In this document: one piece after another, positions 38,761-51,638 of the stretch
Layout: every line of letters begins with the position of its first letter
Numbering within the stretch: position 1 is the stretch's first letter
From: Pecten maximus
Lineage: Eukaryota
DNA length: 64,000 bases
Direction: 5' to 3'
NCBI RefSeq assembly: GCF_902652985.1
Contig: NC_047016.1
Coordinates: forward strand, 2,480,001 to 2,544,000
Notes under the pieces: generated by a model
The model's database searches: none
What the model was told of the DNA's origin: nothing
What the model saw: the letters and a program-made list of their open reading frames with translations, nothing else
Program-made: the position numbers and the translations under genes

Positions 38761-38819
38761 CTGGACACCTCAGCTATATACTCATTCCTGAGGTCATAGT
38801 CGAATCTACCAATTGAACA

Positions 38820-39095
38820 TAAGAAACTGAATCCTCAATCCGTTCCGCAGCGGATTCGTTATTTGAATCCCAATGTCAAAATGTCAATAATAAGAAATAT
38901 CAATTGTACATAAAGAACTGAATCCCCAATCCACTGGTGGCAGCGTATTCGTTATTCCAATCCACAGGGGCTTGGCACGATTTTCCAAATGATAGTCCAT
39001 ATATATATGTATATAGTAGGCTTGGCACGATTTTCCAAATCGTGCCAAGCCCCTGTGTTCCAATCCCCAATAACGAATAAAGAATCCGCTGCTAA
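38820..39095. mobile_element. Hairpin-forming non-autonomous repeat, with a related end at ~37000-37045
   Basis: GGCTTGGCACGATT-TTCC-AAATCGTGCCAAGCC palindrome at 39018-39051, and AAGAACTGAATC..CAATC..CAGCGGATTC-like ends at ~37004, ~38821 and ~38913. Confidence 0.55.
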
Positions 39096-39667
39096 CTGCA
39101 GTATAAAAAATACAGAATAAACAGACCTAGCTTTTTCGTACATAATATAACATATTCTGTCTTTCCATACATAATATAATATATTCTGTCTTTTCATATG
39201 TCAGTGTAGAAAAATTGTTCATACTCTATCCGCAAACCAAAAAAAAAAAAAAAAGGTTTGAAGAGCAGTTTGGTGATTGTGTATCAAAACAAATTATGGC
39301 CATCGGTGATAATGTTGTTCTGTGTTTGTCTGAGAAGTGACGTCTGATCAAACACTTTACCCCCACAAATCTGCCGTTAATAGATCAAACTTTATACGAT
39401 GATAGCATCCTTCTTACTGATGTGTAGTATACATTAGCGTTGAAATTATAGAGAAATGCTTCAAACCGCAACGACGAAACACATTTACGTTAGATACACA
39501 ACAAATTACTGAAGTCTAATTATGGGGCCAACGAGGCTGACTACGTATACTCCGGCGGACAAGGAGGACTGCAGGTAAAAGTACGTGACATCGGTTTGTA
39601 TAATTTTACCCGTAAGCTGAACAAATGACAGGCTAGGCCATATATTCTGATGTGGCTTGTGAGATCA

Positions 39668-40455
39668 TTGTTATCCTGATATTAACTTATTGTTATCCTC
39701 TGATATTAACTTATTGTTATCCTGATATTAACTTATTGTTATCCTCTGATATTAACCTATTGTTATCCTGATATTAACTTATTGTTATCCTGATATTAAC
39801 TTATTGTTATCCTGATATGAGCTTATTGTTATCCTGATATTAACTTATTATTATCCTAATATTAACTTATTGTTATCCTAGTATTAACTTATTATTATCC
39901 TGATATTAACTTATTGTTATCCTCTGATATCAACTTATTGTTATCCTAATATTAACTTATTATTATCCTCCGATATTAACCTATTGTTTTTCTGATATTA
40001 ACTTATTGTTTTCCTAATATTAACTTATTGTTATCCTAATATTATCTTATTGTTATCCTCTGATATTTACCTATTGTTATCCTGATATTAACCTATTGTT
40101 ATCCTAATATTATCTTATTGTTATCTTAATATCATCTTATTGTTATCCTCTGATATTAACCTATTGTTATCCTGATATTAACTTATTGTTATCCTCTGAT
40201 ATTAACCTATCATTATCCTGATATTAACTTATTATTATCCTGATATTAACTTATTGTTATCCTAATATTATCTTATTGTTATCTTAATATTAACTTATTG
40301 TTATCCTGATATTAACTTATTGTTATCCTAGTATTAACTTATTATTATCCTGATATTAACTTATTATTATCCTCCGATATTAACTTACTGTTATCCTAAT
40401 ATTTACTTATTGTTATCCTAGTATTAACCTATTGTTATTCTAATATTAACTTATT
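39668..40455. repeat. 22-24 bp AT-rich minisatellite
   Basis: Unit TGATATTAACTTATTGTTATCC. Confidence 0.93.
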
Positions 40456-40545
40456 TTTATACGTAAATGAAAGAGATATGTCATTCTTGGCATTTGAAGA
40501 ATGTCCTTACAACTTTCTCGTTGCTAAACACTACAAAGATATTTC

Positions 40546-40973
40546 AGAGAGAGAGATATGTATAGTTAGTATTTTACAAGTTATAATCTAAAGTCTTTTG
40601 CGCCTGGAAAAAAATCCCGCGATTAAATGTTACTTTTTGTCGCCAATGTCCATGTTTTATCCAATTTTAGACATACTAGATATTCTAGTAATATTTCCAA
40701 CGTACTTGCATACTTCTTGGTGAAAAATGATTCGCCTAAAACTAATTTTCTTCACTGACAGAGAGAGAGATATGTATAGTTAGTATTTTACAAGTTATAA
40801 TCTAAAGTCTTTTGCGCCTGGAAAAAAATCCCGCGATTAAATGTTACTTTTTGTCGCCAATGTCCATGTTTTATCCAATTTTAGACATACTAGATATTCT
40901 AGTAATATTTCCAACGTACTTGCATACTTCTTGGTGAAAAATGATTCGCCTAAAACTAATTTTCTTCACTGAC
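40546..40973. repeat. Direct tandem duplication of ~213 bp
   Basis: AGAGAGAGAGATATG...CTTCACTGACA occurs twice, head to tail. Confidence 0.93.
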
Positions 40974-42087
40974 ATGTGTGCCCTAGATATATCAAGTTTG
41001 CCCTATATGTCGTAGTGACCGACATCGTATTCCAGCGTTACAAATCAACTTTTCTATCTTTGATACAACTTAACTTTGTCAACGAAGATTGAAATACAAA
41101 TATTTATAAAGAGGCTTTTTTCTCGGTAGTGTCAATAAAGATGTCGGATTAAATGTGTCCCCGTAGAATCTGAGATGGCAATATGTGTTCTGTATTGTAT
41201 AAACAATGTCGGTGGATCTGTAGCCTAACTTCGGGAAAACATTCTGAATACAGTAAAACACTGTCTATAACGGCCATGGCAAGTATTGTACAAAAGAAGC
41301 CAACCTCAAGACTATAATGTTATTTATGTTCCTCAAACTTAAAAATAGCAAATACATATAGACATTGAAATGGCCACCATAAGTGACATTTTAATAATAA
41401 TTCTAGAACAGTTAAAACAATTACGTAACAAAGCATAAATTCAAAGTAATTTTTTTTTTCTCCACAAGTAAGTTACATTACATTTCGCCTTAGTAGGGAT
41501 GTGAAAATCCGCCATAACTAAAACACAAGTTAAATCATTTATTGAATGGGTTGGCAAGTGGGTGGGTTAAGAAAATTGACCAAAGGCACAAAATAGATGA
41601 AAAAACTGATGATGATCAAAATGGCGTAAAAAAGGATTTCTCTTTTCTTTATATGAAAGCGCATGCGCCGAAGGCTGTAACATTGAGCTATGATTTTAGA
41701 CCAATCGGATTAACCAGAATTATGTACCCCTTTGTTCACAAAAATCTCTCACGTTAAAGATGCATAACCCGTACTTTTTACAGAAATCTCATGTTAAAGA
41801 TGCTTAGCCCATACATTTGTAGCAAATCAGTAAACAAATTAGAACTTGTGTCTCATTACATTATACATCAAACTAATAATATTAGTTATTATTCTTAAGT
41901 TTTGTAAGCATAAATTTAGCTAATAAATTAGCTGCCTTTTATTTACAGTGTGGTTACCATGATATGCCAGATCAGTATAATTAAAATGTTTCTGGAAATG
42001 TTGAAAACTTGAATAGTCGCTCTTAAATTCAATAATGAAGGCACTGGTGCATATTCATCACTTTCTTATAGCTTTTCTTGATAAGAA

Positions 42088-43135
42088 AATACAGTGTATT
42101 AATTACAATCCACGTACAGATCTGGTCACCGTATCTCCGTAATACAGTATATTAATTACAATCCACGTACAGATCTGGTCACCGTACCTTCGTAATACAG
42201 TATATTAATTACAATCCACGTACAGATCTGGTCACCGTATCTCCGTAATACAGTATATTAATTACAATCCACATACAGACCGGGTCCCCGTACCTCCGTA
42301 ATACAGTATATTAATTACAATCCACGTACAGATCTGGTCACCGTACCTTCGTAATACAGTATATTAATTACAATCCACGTACAGACCTGGTCACCGTACC
42401 TCCGTAATACAGTATATTAATTACAATCCACGTACTGACCTGGTCACCGTACCTCCGTAATACAGTATATTAATTACAATCCACGTACAGATCTGGTCAC
42501 CGTACCTTCGTAATACAGTATATTAATTACAATCCACGTACAGACCTGGTCACCGTACCTCCGTAATACAGTATATTAATTACAATCCACGTACAGACCT
42601 AGTCACCGTACCTCCGTAATACAGTATATTAATTACAATCCACGTACAGACCTGGTCACCGTACCTCCGTAATACAGTATATTAATTACAATCCACGTAC
42701 AGACCTGGTCACCGTACCTTCGTAATACAGTATATCAATTACAATCCACGTACAGACCGGGTCCCCGTACCTCCGTAATACAGTATATTAATTACAATCC
42801 ACGTACAGACCTGGTCACCGTACCTCCGTAATACAGTATATTAATTACAATCCACGTACAAATCTGGTCATCGTAATACAGTATATTAATTACAATCCAC
42901 GTACAGACCTGGTCACCGTATCTCCGTAATACCGTATATTAATTACAATCTACATACAGACCCGGTCACTGTACCTCCGTAATACAGTATATTAATTACA
43001 ATCCACGTACAGACCTGGTCACCGTACCTCCGTAATACGGTATATTAATTACAATCCACGTACAGACCTGGTCATCGTACCTCCGTAATACAGTATATTA
43101 ATTACAATCCACGTACAGATCTGGTCACCGTACAG
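42088..43135. repeat. 53 bp minisatellite, ~20 copies
   Basis: Unit GTAATACAGTATATTAATTACAATCCACGTACAGACCTGGTCACCGTACCTCC. Confidence 0.95.
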
Positions 43136-43203
43136 TTCGGCTTCTAGATATACATGTATCTAAAGTTTTGTATCGCAAAATCTTCAATAGTTTCCTCTTC
43201 TTC

Positions 43204-45844
43204 TACAGCTGTTTCGTCCTTTTAGGATTCGTGATGTTAGAGACATCATACAGCTGTTCTAGGACTCGTGATGTTAGAGACATCATACAGCTGTTTCGCC
43301 CTTCTAGGACTCGTGATGTTAGAGACATCATACAGCTGTTCTATTACTCGAGATGTTAGAGACATCATACAGCTGTTTCGTCCTTTTAGGATTCGTGATG
43401 TTAGAGACATCATACAGCTGTTCTAGGACTCGTGATGTTAGAGACATCATACAGCTGTTTCGCCCTTCTAGGACTCGTGATGTTAGAGACATCATACAGC
43501 TGTTCTATTACTCGAGATGTTAGAGACATCATACAGCTGTTTCGTCCTTTTAGGATTCGTGATGTTAGAGACATCATACAGCTGTTCTATTACTCGTGAT
43601 GTTAGAGACATCATACAGCTGTTTCGTCCTTCAAGGACTCGCGATGTTAGAGACATCATACAGCTGTTCTATTACTCGTGATGTTAGAGACATCATACAG
43701 CTGTTCTATTACTCGAGATGTTAGAGACATCATACAGCTGTTTCGTCCTTCAAGGACTCGCGATGTTAGAGACATCATACAGCTGTTCTATTACTCGTGA
43801 TGTTAGAGACATCATACAGCTGTTTCGCCCTTCTAGGACTCGTGATGTTAGAGACATCATACAGCTGTTCTATTACTCGAGATGTTAGAGACATCATACA
43901 GCTGTTTCGTCCTTTTAGGATTCGTGATGTTAGAGACATCATACAGCTGTTTCGTCCTTCAAGGACTCGCGATGTTAGAGACATCATACAGCTGTTCTAG
44001 GACTCGTGATGTTAGAGACATCATACAGCTGTTTCGCCCTTCTAGGACTCGTGATGTTAGAGACATCATACAGCTGTTTCGTCCTTCTAGGACTCGTGAT
44101 GTTAGAGACATCATACAGCTGTTTCGCCCTTCTAGGACTCGTGATGTTAGAGACATCATACAGCTGTTTCGCCCTTCTAGGACTCGTGATGTTAGAGACA
44201 TCATACAGTTGTTTCGCCCTTCTAGGACTCGTGATGTTAGAGACATCATACAGCTGTTCTAGGACTCGTGATGTTAGAGACATCATACAGCTGTTCTAGG
44301 ACTCGTGATGTTAGAGACATCATACAGCTATTTCGCCCTTCTAGGACTCGTGATGTTAGAGACATCATACAGTTGTTTCGCCCTTCTAGGACTCGTGATG
44401 TTAGAGACATCATACAGCTGTTCTAGGACTCGTGATGTTAGAGACATCATACAGCTGTTCTAGGACTCGTGATGTTAGAGACATCATACAGCTGTTTCGC
44501 CCTTCTAGGACTCGTGATGTTAGAGACATCATACAGCTGTTTCGCCCTTCTAGGACTCGTGATGTTAGAGACATCATACAGTTGTTTCGCCCTTCTAGGA
44601 CTCGTGATGTTAGAGACATCATACAGCTGTTCTAGGACTCGTGATGTTAGAGACATCATACAGCTGTTCTAGGACTCGTGATGTTAGAGACATCATACAG
44701 CTATTTCGCCCTTCTAGGACTCGTGATGTTAGAGACATCATACAGCTGTTTCGCCCTTCTAGGACTCGTGATGTTAGAGACATCATACAGTTGTTTCGCC
44801 CTTCTAGGACTCGTGATGTTAGAGACATCATACAGCTGTTCTAGGACTCGTGATGTTAGAGACATCATACAGCTGTTCTAGGACTCGTGATGTTAGAGAC
44901 ATCATACAGCTATTTCGCCCTTCTAGGACTCGTGATGTTAGAGACATCATACAGTTGTTTCGCCCTTCTAGGACTCGTGATGTTAGAGACATCATACAGC
45001 TGTTCTAGGACTCGTGATGTTAGAGACATCATACAGCTGTTCTAGGACTCGTGATGTTAGAGACATCATACAGCTGTTTCTCCCTTCTAGGACTCGTGAT
45101 GTTAGAGACATCATACAGCTATTTCGCCCTTCTAGGACTCGTGATGTTAGAGACATCATACAGCTGTTCTAGGACTCGTGATGTTAGAGACATCATACAG
45201 CTGTTTCGCCCTTCTAGGACTCGTGATGTTAGAGACATCATACAGTTGTTTCGCCCTTCTAGGACTCGTGATGTTAGAGACATCATACAGCTGTTCTAGG
45301 ACTCGTGATGTTAGAGACATCATACAGCTGTTTCTCCCTTCTAGGACTCGTGATGTTAGAGACATCATACAGCTATTTCGCCCTTCTAGGACTCGTGATG
45401 TTAGAGACATCATACAGCTATTTCGCCCTTCTAGGACTCGTGATGTTAGAGACATCACGAGTAATAGAAATTATGATCACAGTTTTCATATATAGTGTTC
45501 TTGTGTATATTTAGAAAGTATGTTATTTATATTGAATAGTACGTGTTTAAATTATGTCGTCATACTGTCATGACGTCATAGGCATGCAATACGTAAACGC
45601 TGTAATTGTTATGCATCAGTTACAAGTTTTCAAAATCATTATGTTATTCATTATTATGTGTCGTAAGTATATTGCCTGTGTTGGGCCCTCGGCCATCTTG
45701 TCATTCAATTTGCAATATGTATACATATTATATGAATATTGTGTTATCCTATATGCTGTGTTGCATTTGGAATAAATAAATTGAATTGAATTGACATCAT
45801 ACAGCTGTTTCGCCCTTCTAGGACTCGTGATGTTAGAGACATCA
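43204..45844. repeat. 45/37 bp two-variant minisatellite starting at an acceptor-like site and interrupted by an insertion
   Basis: Unit TACAGCTGTT(TCGCCCTT)CTAGGACTCGTGATGTTAGAGACATCA; one more unit follows the 45458-45792 insert. Confidence 0.95.
45458..45792 (+). mobile_element. 5'-truncated retroposon (LINE/SINE 3' end) with 7 bp TSD
   Basis: Flanked by GACATCA direct repeats (45451-45457, 45793-45799); ends in AATAAA followed by an (ATTGA)n tail. Confidence 0.75.
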
Positions 45845-46541
45845 AAAAACTTAAATTTGGTAGAAAGAAATGTCAAAATCTGGACAGACAGCCGCTACGC
45901 TACACTGATGACGTGATCGATGTAGCGTAGTGCAATCAACCGTGGATACCGACAATGGACTTAGAGGTGCAAACGATACTTGATGGAATTTTTAACAGGT
46001 AGATGAGACAAACGTGGCTCTTAATTAAGCGTTACGGTGCACGTTAGATCTAATACAACCGAGATACTTCATTATTTCAGATGTTACAGCATTGTTTCCC
46101 AATGAACATTAAAAAAATCAAGTACAACACTATCACGAGAACAAGTGGTGATTATTAACCATATAATCAGGGACGTATAATATAATATACACATTTGGTG
46201 GCTTAGCGCGCTTTTACATTCTTTTAAAGTTTCAGTGACAGTATATGAGAACCCCATTCATTGTTCCGCGTACACACGTATTAGTAAGTACTATATACAT
46301 AATGTATGGTGTCAGTATACTTGTGTGGTAGGTGATAGTTATGTAAGCCAGCTCGTATTCTTAACGGCACCGACTGTCTTGTCTGACACCCATCCCAGGA
46401 TAAAAGAACTCTCCACCACAGACGTTTGACGTCCGCTATTAATTTACGGGGCGTTTTAGTCGGAATCTTCGTACACATAAAGCATGTAACACGGTGTCGC
46501 CTGTCGTCCACTCTGTGGTCAGTCAGAATTACACCTAGGGG

Positions 46542-46579
46542 TATAAACCTTATAGGCCACGGCTCCTCTCACCTTCAGT
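46542..46579 (+). promoter_or_regulatory. TATA box plus Inr-like TCAGT of the WAP-domain gene
   Basis: TATAAA at 46542, TCAGT at 46575 and ATG at 46592. Confidence 0.5.
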
Positions 46580-46591
46580 GCCGACTTCAAC

Positions 46592-46618
46592 ATGGATCGT
46601 CATCGCCTCGTCCTCTCC
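46592..46618 (+). CDS. Exon 1 of the secreted WAP-domain protein (MDRHRLVLS)
   Basis: caacATGG context and phase-0 donor |GTAAGT. Joined to exon 2 it gives the signal peptide MDRHRLVLSICVYLGVVVSA. Confidence 0.8.
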
Positions 46619-47249
46619 GTAAGTCTGATTATTTACATTTCAAACTAATTATCCAGTAGAGTGATGAAAGTGACAATGTTTTAAATGTTTTCACTGTTTC
46701 TTTGAAGGTTTCCCCACAGCTTTCAGCGTGTTTGATACCGAATACATGTATCTTCTCTATTGGTTATTTATATGTCAATTGACACAATATTTGTATATTT
46801 TAGACATCGCAGTTAAACATAGTATTAGTTATTTTCGTATTGTTCTAAATAATTAACACGTTTGAATGAAAAACACCAAATATTTATGTCAAAACTATTC
46901 TCAATAAAAAAACTGAATTGACCTCTGGAAGTATTCGTCGTCAGTTTGACCGTCAAAAAGTTATTCATCATTCTGAAAACATGAAATTAAAGTAAGTTCC
47001 ATAAATTGATCATTGATGACGTTTCTCGCATTCAATAACGACGTCATTAGTTTTCTGTTTGACTTCCCTTTTCTTTGTAGAAACCTAATGTTATCTTAAA
47101 GTGATACTTCGCCAACAGCCTATGCACACTAGTACTGCTGCCAGTCGCAAAATTAATCATAAAATGACACCAATAGTATAAATTATCTACTTAACATTAA
47201 CAAATAAAAAAAAAAAAAACACAACGAAAAAAATCGTCATTTAAAGAGA

Positions 47250-47905
47250 CAAGTAGGAGAGTAGTATGAGAGAAGTACGAGAGGAGTACGATAGGTTTAC
47301 GAGAGGAGTACGAGAAGAATAGGAGAGAAGTACGAGAGAAGGAGAAGAGGAGTATGAGAGAAGTATGAGAGAAGTACAAGAGGTTAAGGAGAGAAGTACG
47401 AGAGGAGTATGACAGAAGTACGAGAGGAGTATGACAGAAGTACGAGAGGAGTATGACAGAAGTACGAGAAAAGAACGAGAGGAGTATGAGAGAAGTATGA
47501 GAGAAGTATGACAGAAGTACGAGAAAAGAACGAGAGGAGTATGACAGAAGTACGAGAAAAGAACGAGAGGAGTATGAGAGAAGTATGAGAGAAGTATGAC
47601 AGAAGTACGAGAAAAGAACGAGAGGAGTATGACAGAAGTACGAGAAAAGAACGAAAGGAGTATGAGAGGAGTATGACAGAAGTATGACAGAAGTACGAGA
47701 AAAGAACGAGAGGAGTATGACAGAAGTACGAGAAAAGAACGAGAGGAGTATGACAGAAGTATGACAGAAGTACGAGAAAAGAACGAGAGGAGTATGAGAG
47801 GAGTACGAGAAGAGTATGAGAGGAGTACGAGAAGAGTATGAGAGGAGTATGACAGAAGTACGAGAAAAGAACGAGAGGAGTAGGAGAGGAGTACGAGAAG
47901 AGTAT
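47250..47905. repeat. Purine-rich compound repeat built from ~11-12 bp subunits
   Basis: GAGAGGAGTAT / GACAGAAGTAC / GAGAAAAGAAC mosaics. Confidence 0.9.
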
Positions 47906-48144
47906 ATACATAAAGAGAAATTTTCATTGAATGTATTTACAAAAAATCATCGAAACATTGTCTATACATTGTCATTTATAAGTGTTATGTGTCACATATA
48001 AATATATCTTAATTAAGTGTAAAGCTTTAGGCATACTCTAATATTGTTTTTACACTTTATGCGCAAATTCATACATATAAAGTGTATACGTAATGTTTAT
48101 GGTGTTATTGTACCGAATGCTTTGTATATATACAACATGTATTT

Positions 48145-48272
48145 GCTTGGTTCTGGCCATAAGCCGATGGTTTTTCTCCGGGTACTCTGGTGTTTCCTCC
48201 ACCTCTAAATCCTGGCTCGTTCTAAATGACTCTGGCTGTTAACTGGGCGTTAAACAAAATAAACCAAACAAT
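48145..48272 (+). mobile_element. SINE fragment with a V-domain-like core
   Basis: GGTTTTTCTCCGGGTACTCTGGTGTTTCCTCCACC core, then GGCGTTAAAC and an A-rich tail. Confidence 0.65.
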
Positions 48273-48454
48273 ACATTTTGGAGGCAATACAGAGAATACA
48301 ATAAACAATACAACAATAATAAAACTAGACAACAGTCTATACTTAGTTTCAATCAATTATAATTACTGATTAATAATAAGATTTACCATCTTGGACATTT
48401 AGCGGTCAATATAACAGTGATGTTGAGGGTGGACATAAGCCTCCTTTATCGTCG

Positions 48455-49091
48455 TCAGTGTGATATAAAGTCTTGTTCCTTACAGATCTTGTCGTGGTCA
48501 GTGTGATATAAAGTCTTGTTCCTTACAGATCTTGTCACGGTCAGTGTGATATAAAGTCTTGTTCCTTACAGATCTTGTCACGGTCAGTGTGATCTAAAGT
48601 CTAGTTCCTTACAGATCTTGTCACGGTCAGTGTGATATAAAGTCTTGTTCCTTACAGATCTTGTCACGGTCAGTGTGATATAAAGTCTTGTTCCTTACAG
48701 ATCTTGTCACGGTCAGTGTGATATAAATTCTTGTTCCTGACAGATCTTGTCGTGGTCAGTGTGATATAAAGTCTTGTTCCTTACAGATCTTGTCGCGATC
48801 AGTGTGATATAAAGTCTTGTTCCTTACAGATCTTGTCGCGATCAGTGTGATATAAAGTCTTGTTCCTTACAGATCTTGTCGCGATCAGTGTGATATAAAG
48901 TCTTGTTCCTTACAGATCTTGTCACGGTCAGTGTGATATAAAGTCTTGTTCCTTACAGATCTTGTCGCGATCAATGTGATATAAAGTCTTGTTCCTTACA
49001 GATCTTGTCGCGATCAGTGTGATATAAAGTCTTGTTCCTTACAGATCTTGTCGCGATCAGTGTGATATAAAGTCTTGTTCCTTACAGATCT
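48455..49091 (+). repeat. 43 bp minisatellite, 15 copies, each carrying the exon-2 splice acceptor
   Basis: Unit GTCAGTGTGATATAAAGTCTTGTTCCTTACAGATCTTGTCACG; the last TTACAG|ATCT opens exon 49088-49238. Confidence 0.95.
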
Positions 49092-49238
49092 GTGTTTATC
49101 TGGGTGTGGTGGTGTCTGCTAACAACTCCCTGTTTCGATACACACCCACCAACCCGACTGCACCACTGACTGCTGAGGGCCAAATAAGTACATCCAGGGG
49201 CGTCCAACCAAACGATATCACCGACACCCGTAATAGAG
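49088..49238 (+). CDS. Exon 2 of the secreted WAP-domain protein; phase 0-1
   Basis: cttacAG|ATC...AGAG|GTGAGG. Translates ICVYLGVVVSANNSLFRYTPTNPTAPLTAEGQISTSRGVQPNDITDTRNR. Confidence 0.85.
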
Positions 49239-49514
49239 GTGAGGCATCAATTCCCTAAGTGGCATACATAATGTTAATCATACAGGCCAATGACACTCAT
49301 GTTACCTACTTTGTAAAATTGATAGAATTACATGCAATTTTTTATACGAGAAATGTCAAATAATTTCAAGATATAGTAAAACGTAAATTAATCAACTGCC
49401 TATGAAAAAGCCCGCATTTCATTCAGAAAGAATTCATACACTTGACGTCTCGTGCGGCCATTACATTCAATATATAATGTGTAAATAGTTTGCTCCATCA
49501 TTCATTAACTTATT

Positions 49515-51440
49515 CTGTGTATGTACCGACACCAGTCCAAACATTAACATACGTCTGTGTACTGACACCAGTCCAAACATTAACATACGTCTGTGTACTG
49601 ACACCAGTCCAAACATTAACATACGTCTGTGTACTGACACCAGTCCAAACATTAACATACGTCTGTATATGTACTGGCACCAGTCCAAACATTAACACAC
49701 GTCTGTGTATGTACCGACACCAGTCCAAACATTAACATACGTCTGTGTATGTACTGACACCAGTCCAAACATTAACATACGTCTGTGTACTGACACCAGT
49801 CCAAACATTAACATACGTCTGTGTATATACTGACACCAGTCCAAACATTAACATACGTCTGTGTAGTGATACCAGTCCAAACATTAACATACGCCTGTGT
49901 ATGTACTGACACCAGTCCAAACATTAACATACGTCTGTGTATGTACTGACACCAGTCCCAACATTGACATACGTCTGTATATGTACTGACACCAGTCCAA
50001 ACATTAACACACGTCTGTGTACTGACACCAGTCCAAACATTAACATACGTCTGTGTACTGACACCAGTCCAAACATTAACACACGTCTGTGTATGTACCG
50101 ACACCAGTCCAAATATTAACATACGTCTGTGTACTGACACCAGTCCAAACATTAACATACGTCTGTGTACTGACACCAGTCCAAACATTAACACACGTCT
50201 GTGTACTGACACCAGTCCAAACATTAACACACGTCTGTGTACTGACACCAGTCCAAACATTAACACACGTCTGTGTACTGACACCAGTCCAAACATTAAC
50301 ACACGTCTGTGTACTGACACCAGTCCAAACATTAACATACGTCTGTGTACTGACACCAGTCCAAACATTAACATGTGTCTGTGTATGTACTGACACCAGT
50401 CCAAACATTAGCATACGTCTGTGTACTGACACCAGTCCAAACATTAACATACGTCTGTGTACTGACACCAGTCCAAACATTGACATACGTCTGTATATGT
50501 ACTGACACCAGTCAAAACATTAACATACGTCTGTGTACTGACACCAGTCCAAACATTCACATACGTCTGTGTACTGACACCAGTCCAAACATTAACATAC
50601 GTCTGTGTACTGACACCAGTCCAAACATTAACATACGTCTGTGTATGTACTGACACCAGTCCAAACATTAACATACGTCTGTGTACTGACACCAGTCCAA
50701 ACATTAACATACGTCTGTGTACTGACACCAGTCCAAACATTAACATACGTCTGTGTATGTACCGACACCAGTCCAAACATTAACATACGTCTGTGTACTG
50801 ACACCAGTCCAAACATTAACATACGTCTGTGTACTGACACCAGTCCAAACATTAACATACGTCTGTGTATGTACCGACACCAGTCCAAACATTAACATAC
50901 GTCTGTGTACTGACACCAGTCCAAACATTAACATACGTCTGTATATGTACTGACACCAGTCCAAACATTAACATACGTCTGTGTACTGACACCAGTCCAA
51001 ACATTAACATACGTCTGTATATGTACTGGCACCAGTCCAAACATTAACACACGTCTGTGTATGTACCGACACCAGTCCAAACATTAACATACGTCTGTGT
51101 ACTGACACCAGTCCAAACATTAACATACGTCTGTATATGTACTGGCACCAGTCCAAACATTAACACACGTCTGTGTATGTACCGACACCAGTCCAACTTA
51201 ACATACGTCTGTGTACTGACACAGTCAACATACGTCTGTATATGTACTGACACCAGTCCAAACATTAACATACGTCTGTGTACTGACATCAGTCCAAACA
51301 TTAACATACGTCTGTATATGTACTGACACCAGTCCAAACATTAACATACGTCTGTATATGTACTGACACCAGTCCAAACATTAACATACGTCTGTATATG
51401 TACTGACACCAGTCCAAACATTAACATATGTCTGTGTACT
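49515..51440. repeat. 36/40 bp minisatellite, ~50 copies, in intron 2
   Basis: Unit ACTGACACCAGTCCAAACATTAACATACGTCTGTGT(ATGT). Confidence 0.96.
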
Positions 51441-51638
51441 GTAACAAGCTTGTGTGTGTATGATCTGAAGACGCAATGATTAAAGAGTCTGGTTAGTCTG
51501 AATGATTCCGAATATCTAGATAACTGATACCGTTACCTAAACACCTTTAGAAAAGTGGACAGATTGTTAATTAAAAATGCTGGCATAATATATTCTTTTA
51601 ATTGTGACTCACTATCTCATTGTCCTTGCTTCATGTAG

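Noticed and set aside
45955-45998. MDLEVQTILDGIFN as exon 1 of the WAP gene
   Set aside because: Its phase-2 donor does not fit phase-0 exon 2; 46592-46618 fits and yields a signal peptide.
43168-51337. Many 60-230 aa repetitive ORFs
   Set aside because: They are translations of the 45/37 bp, purine-rich and 36/40 bp arrays.
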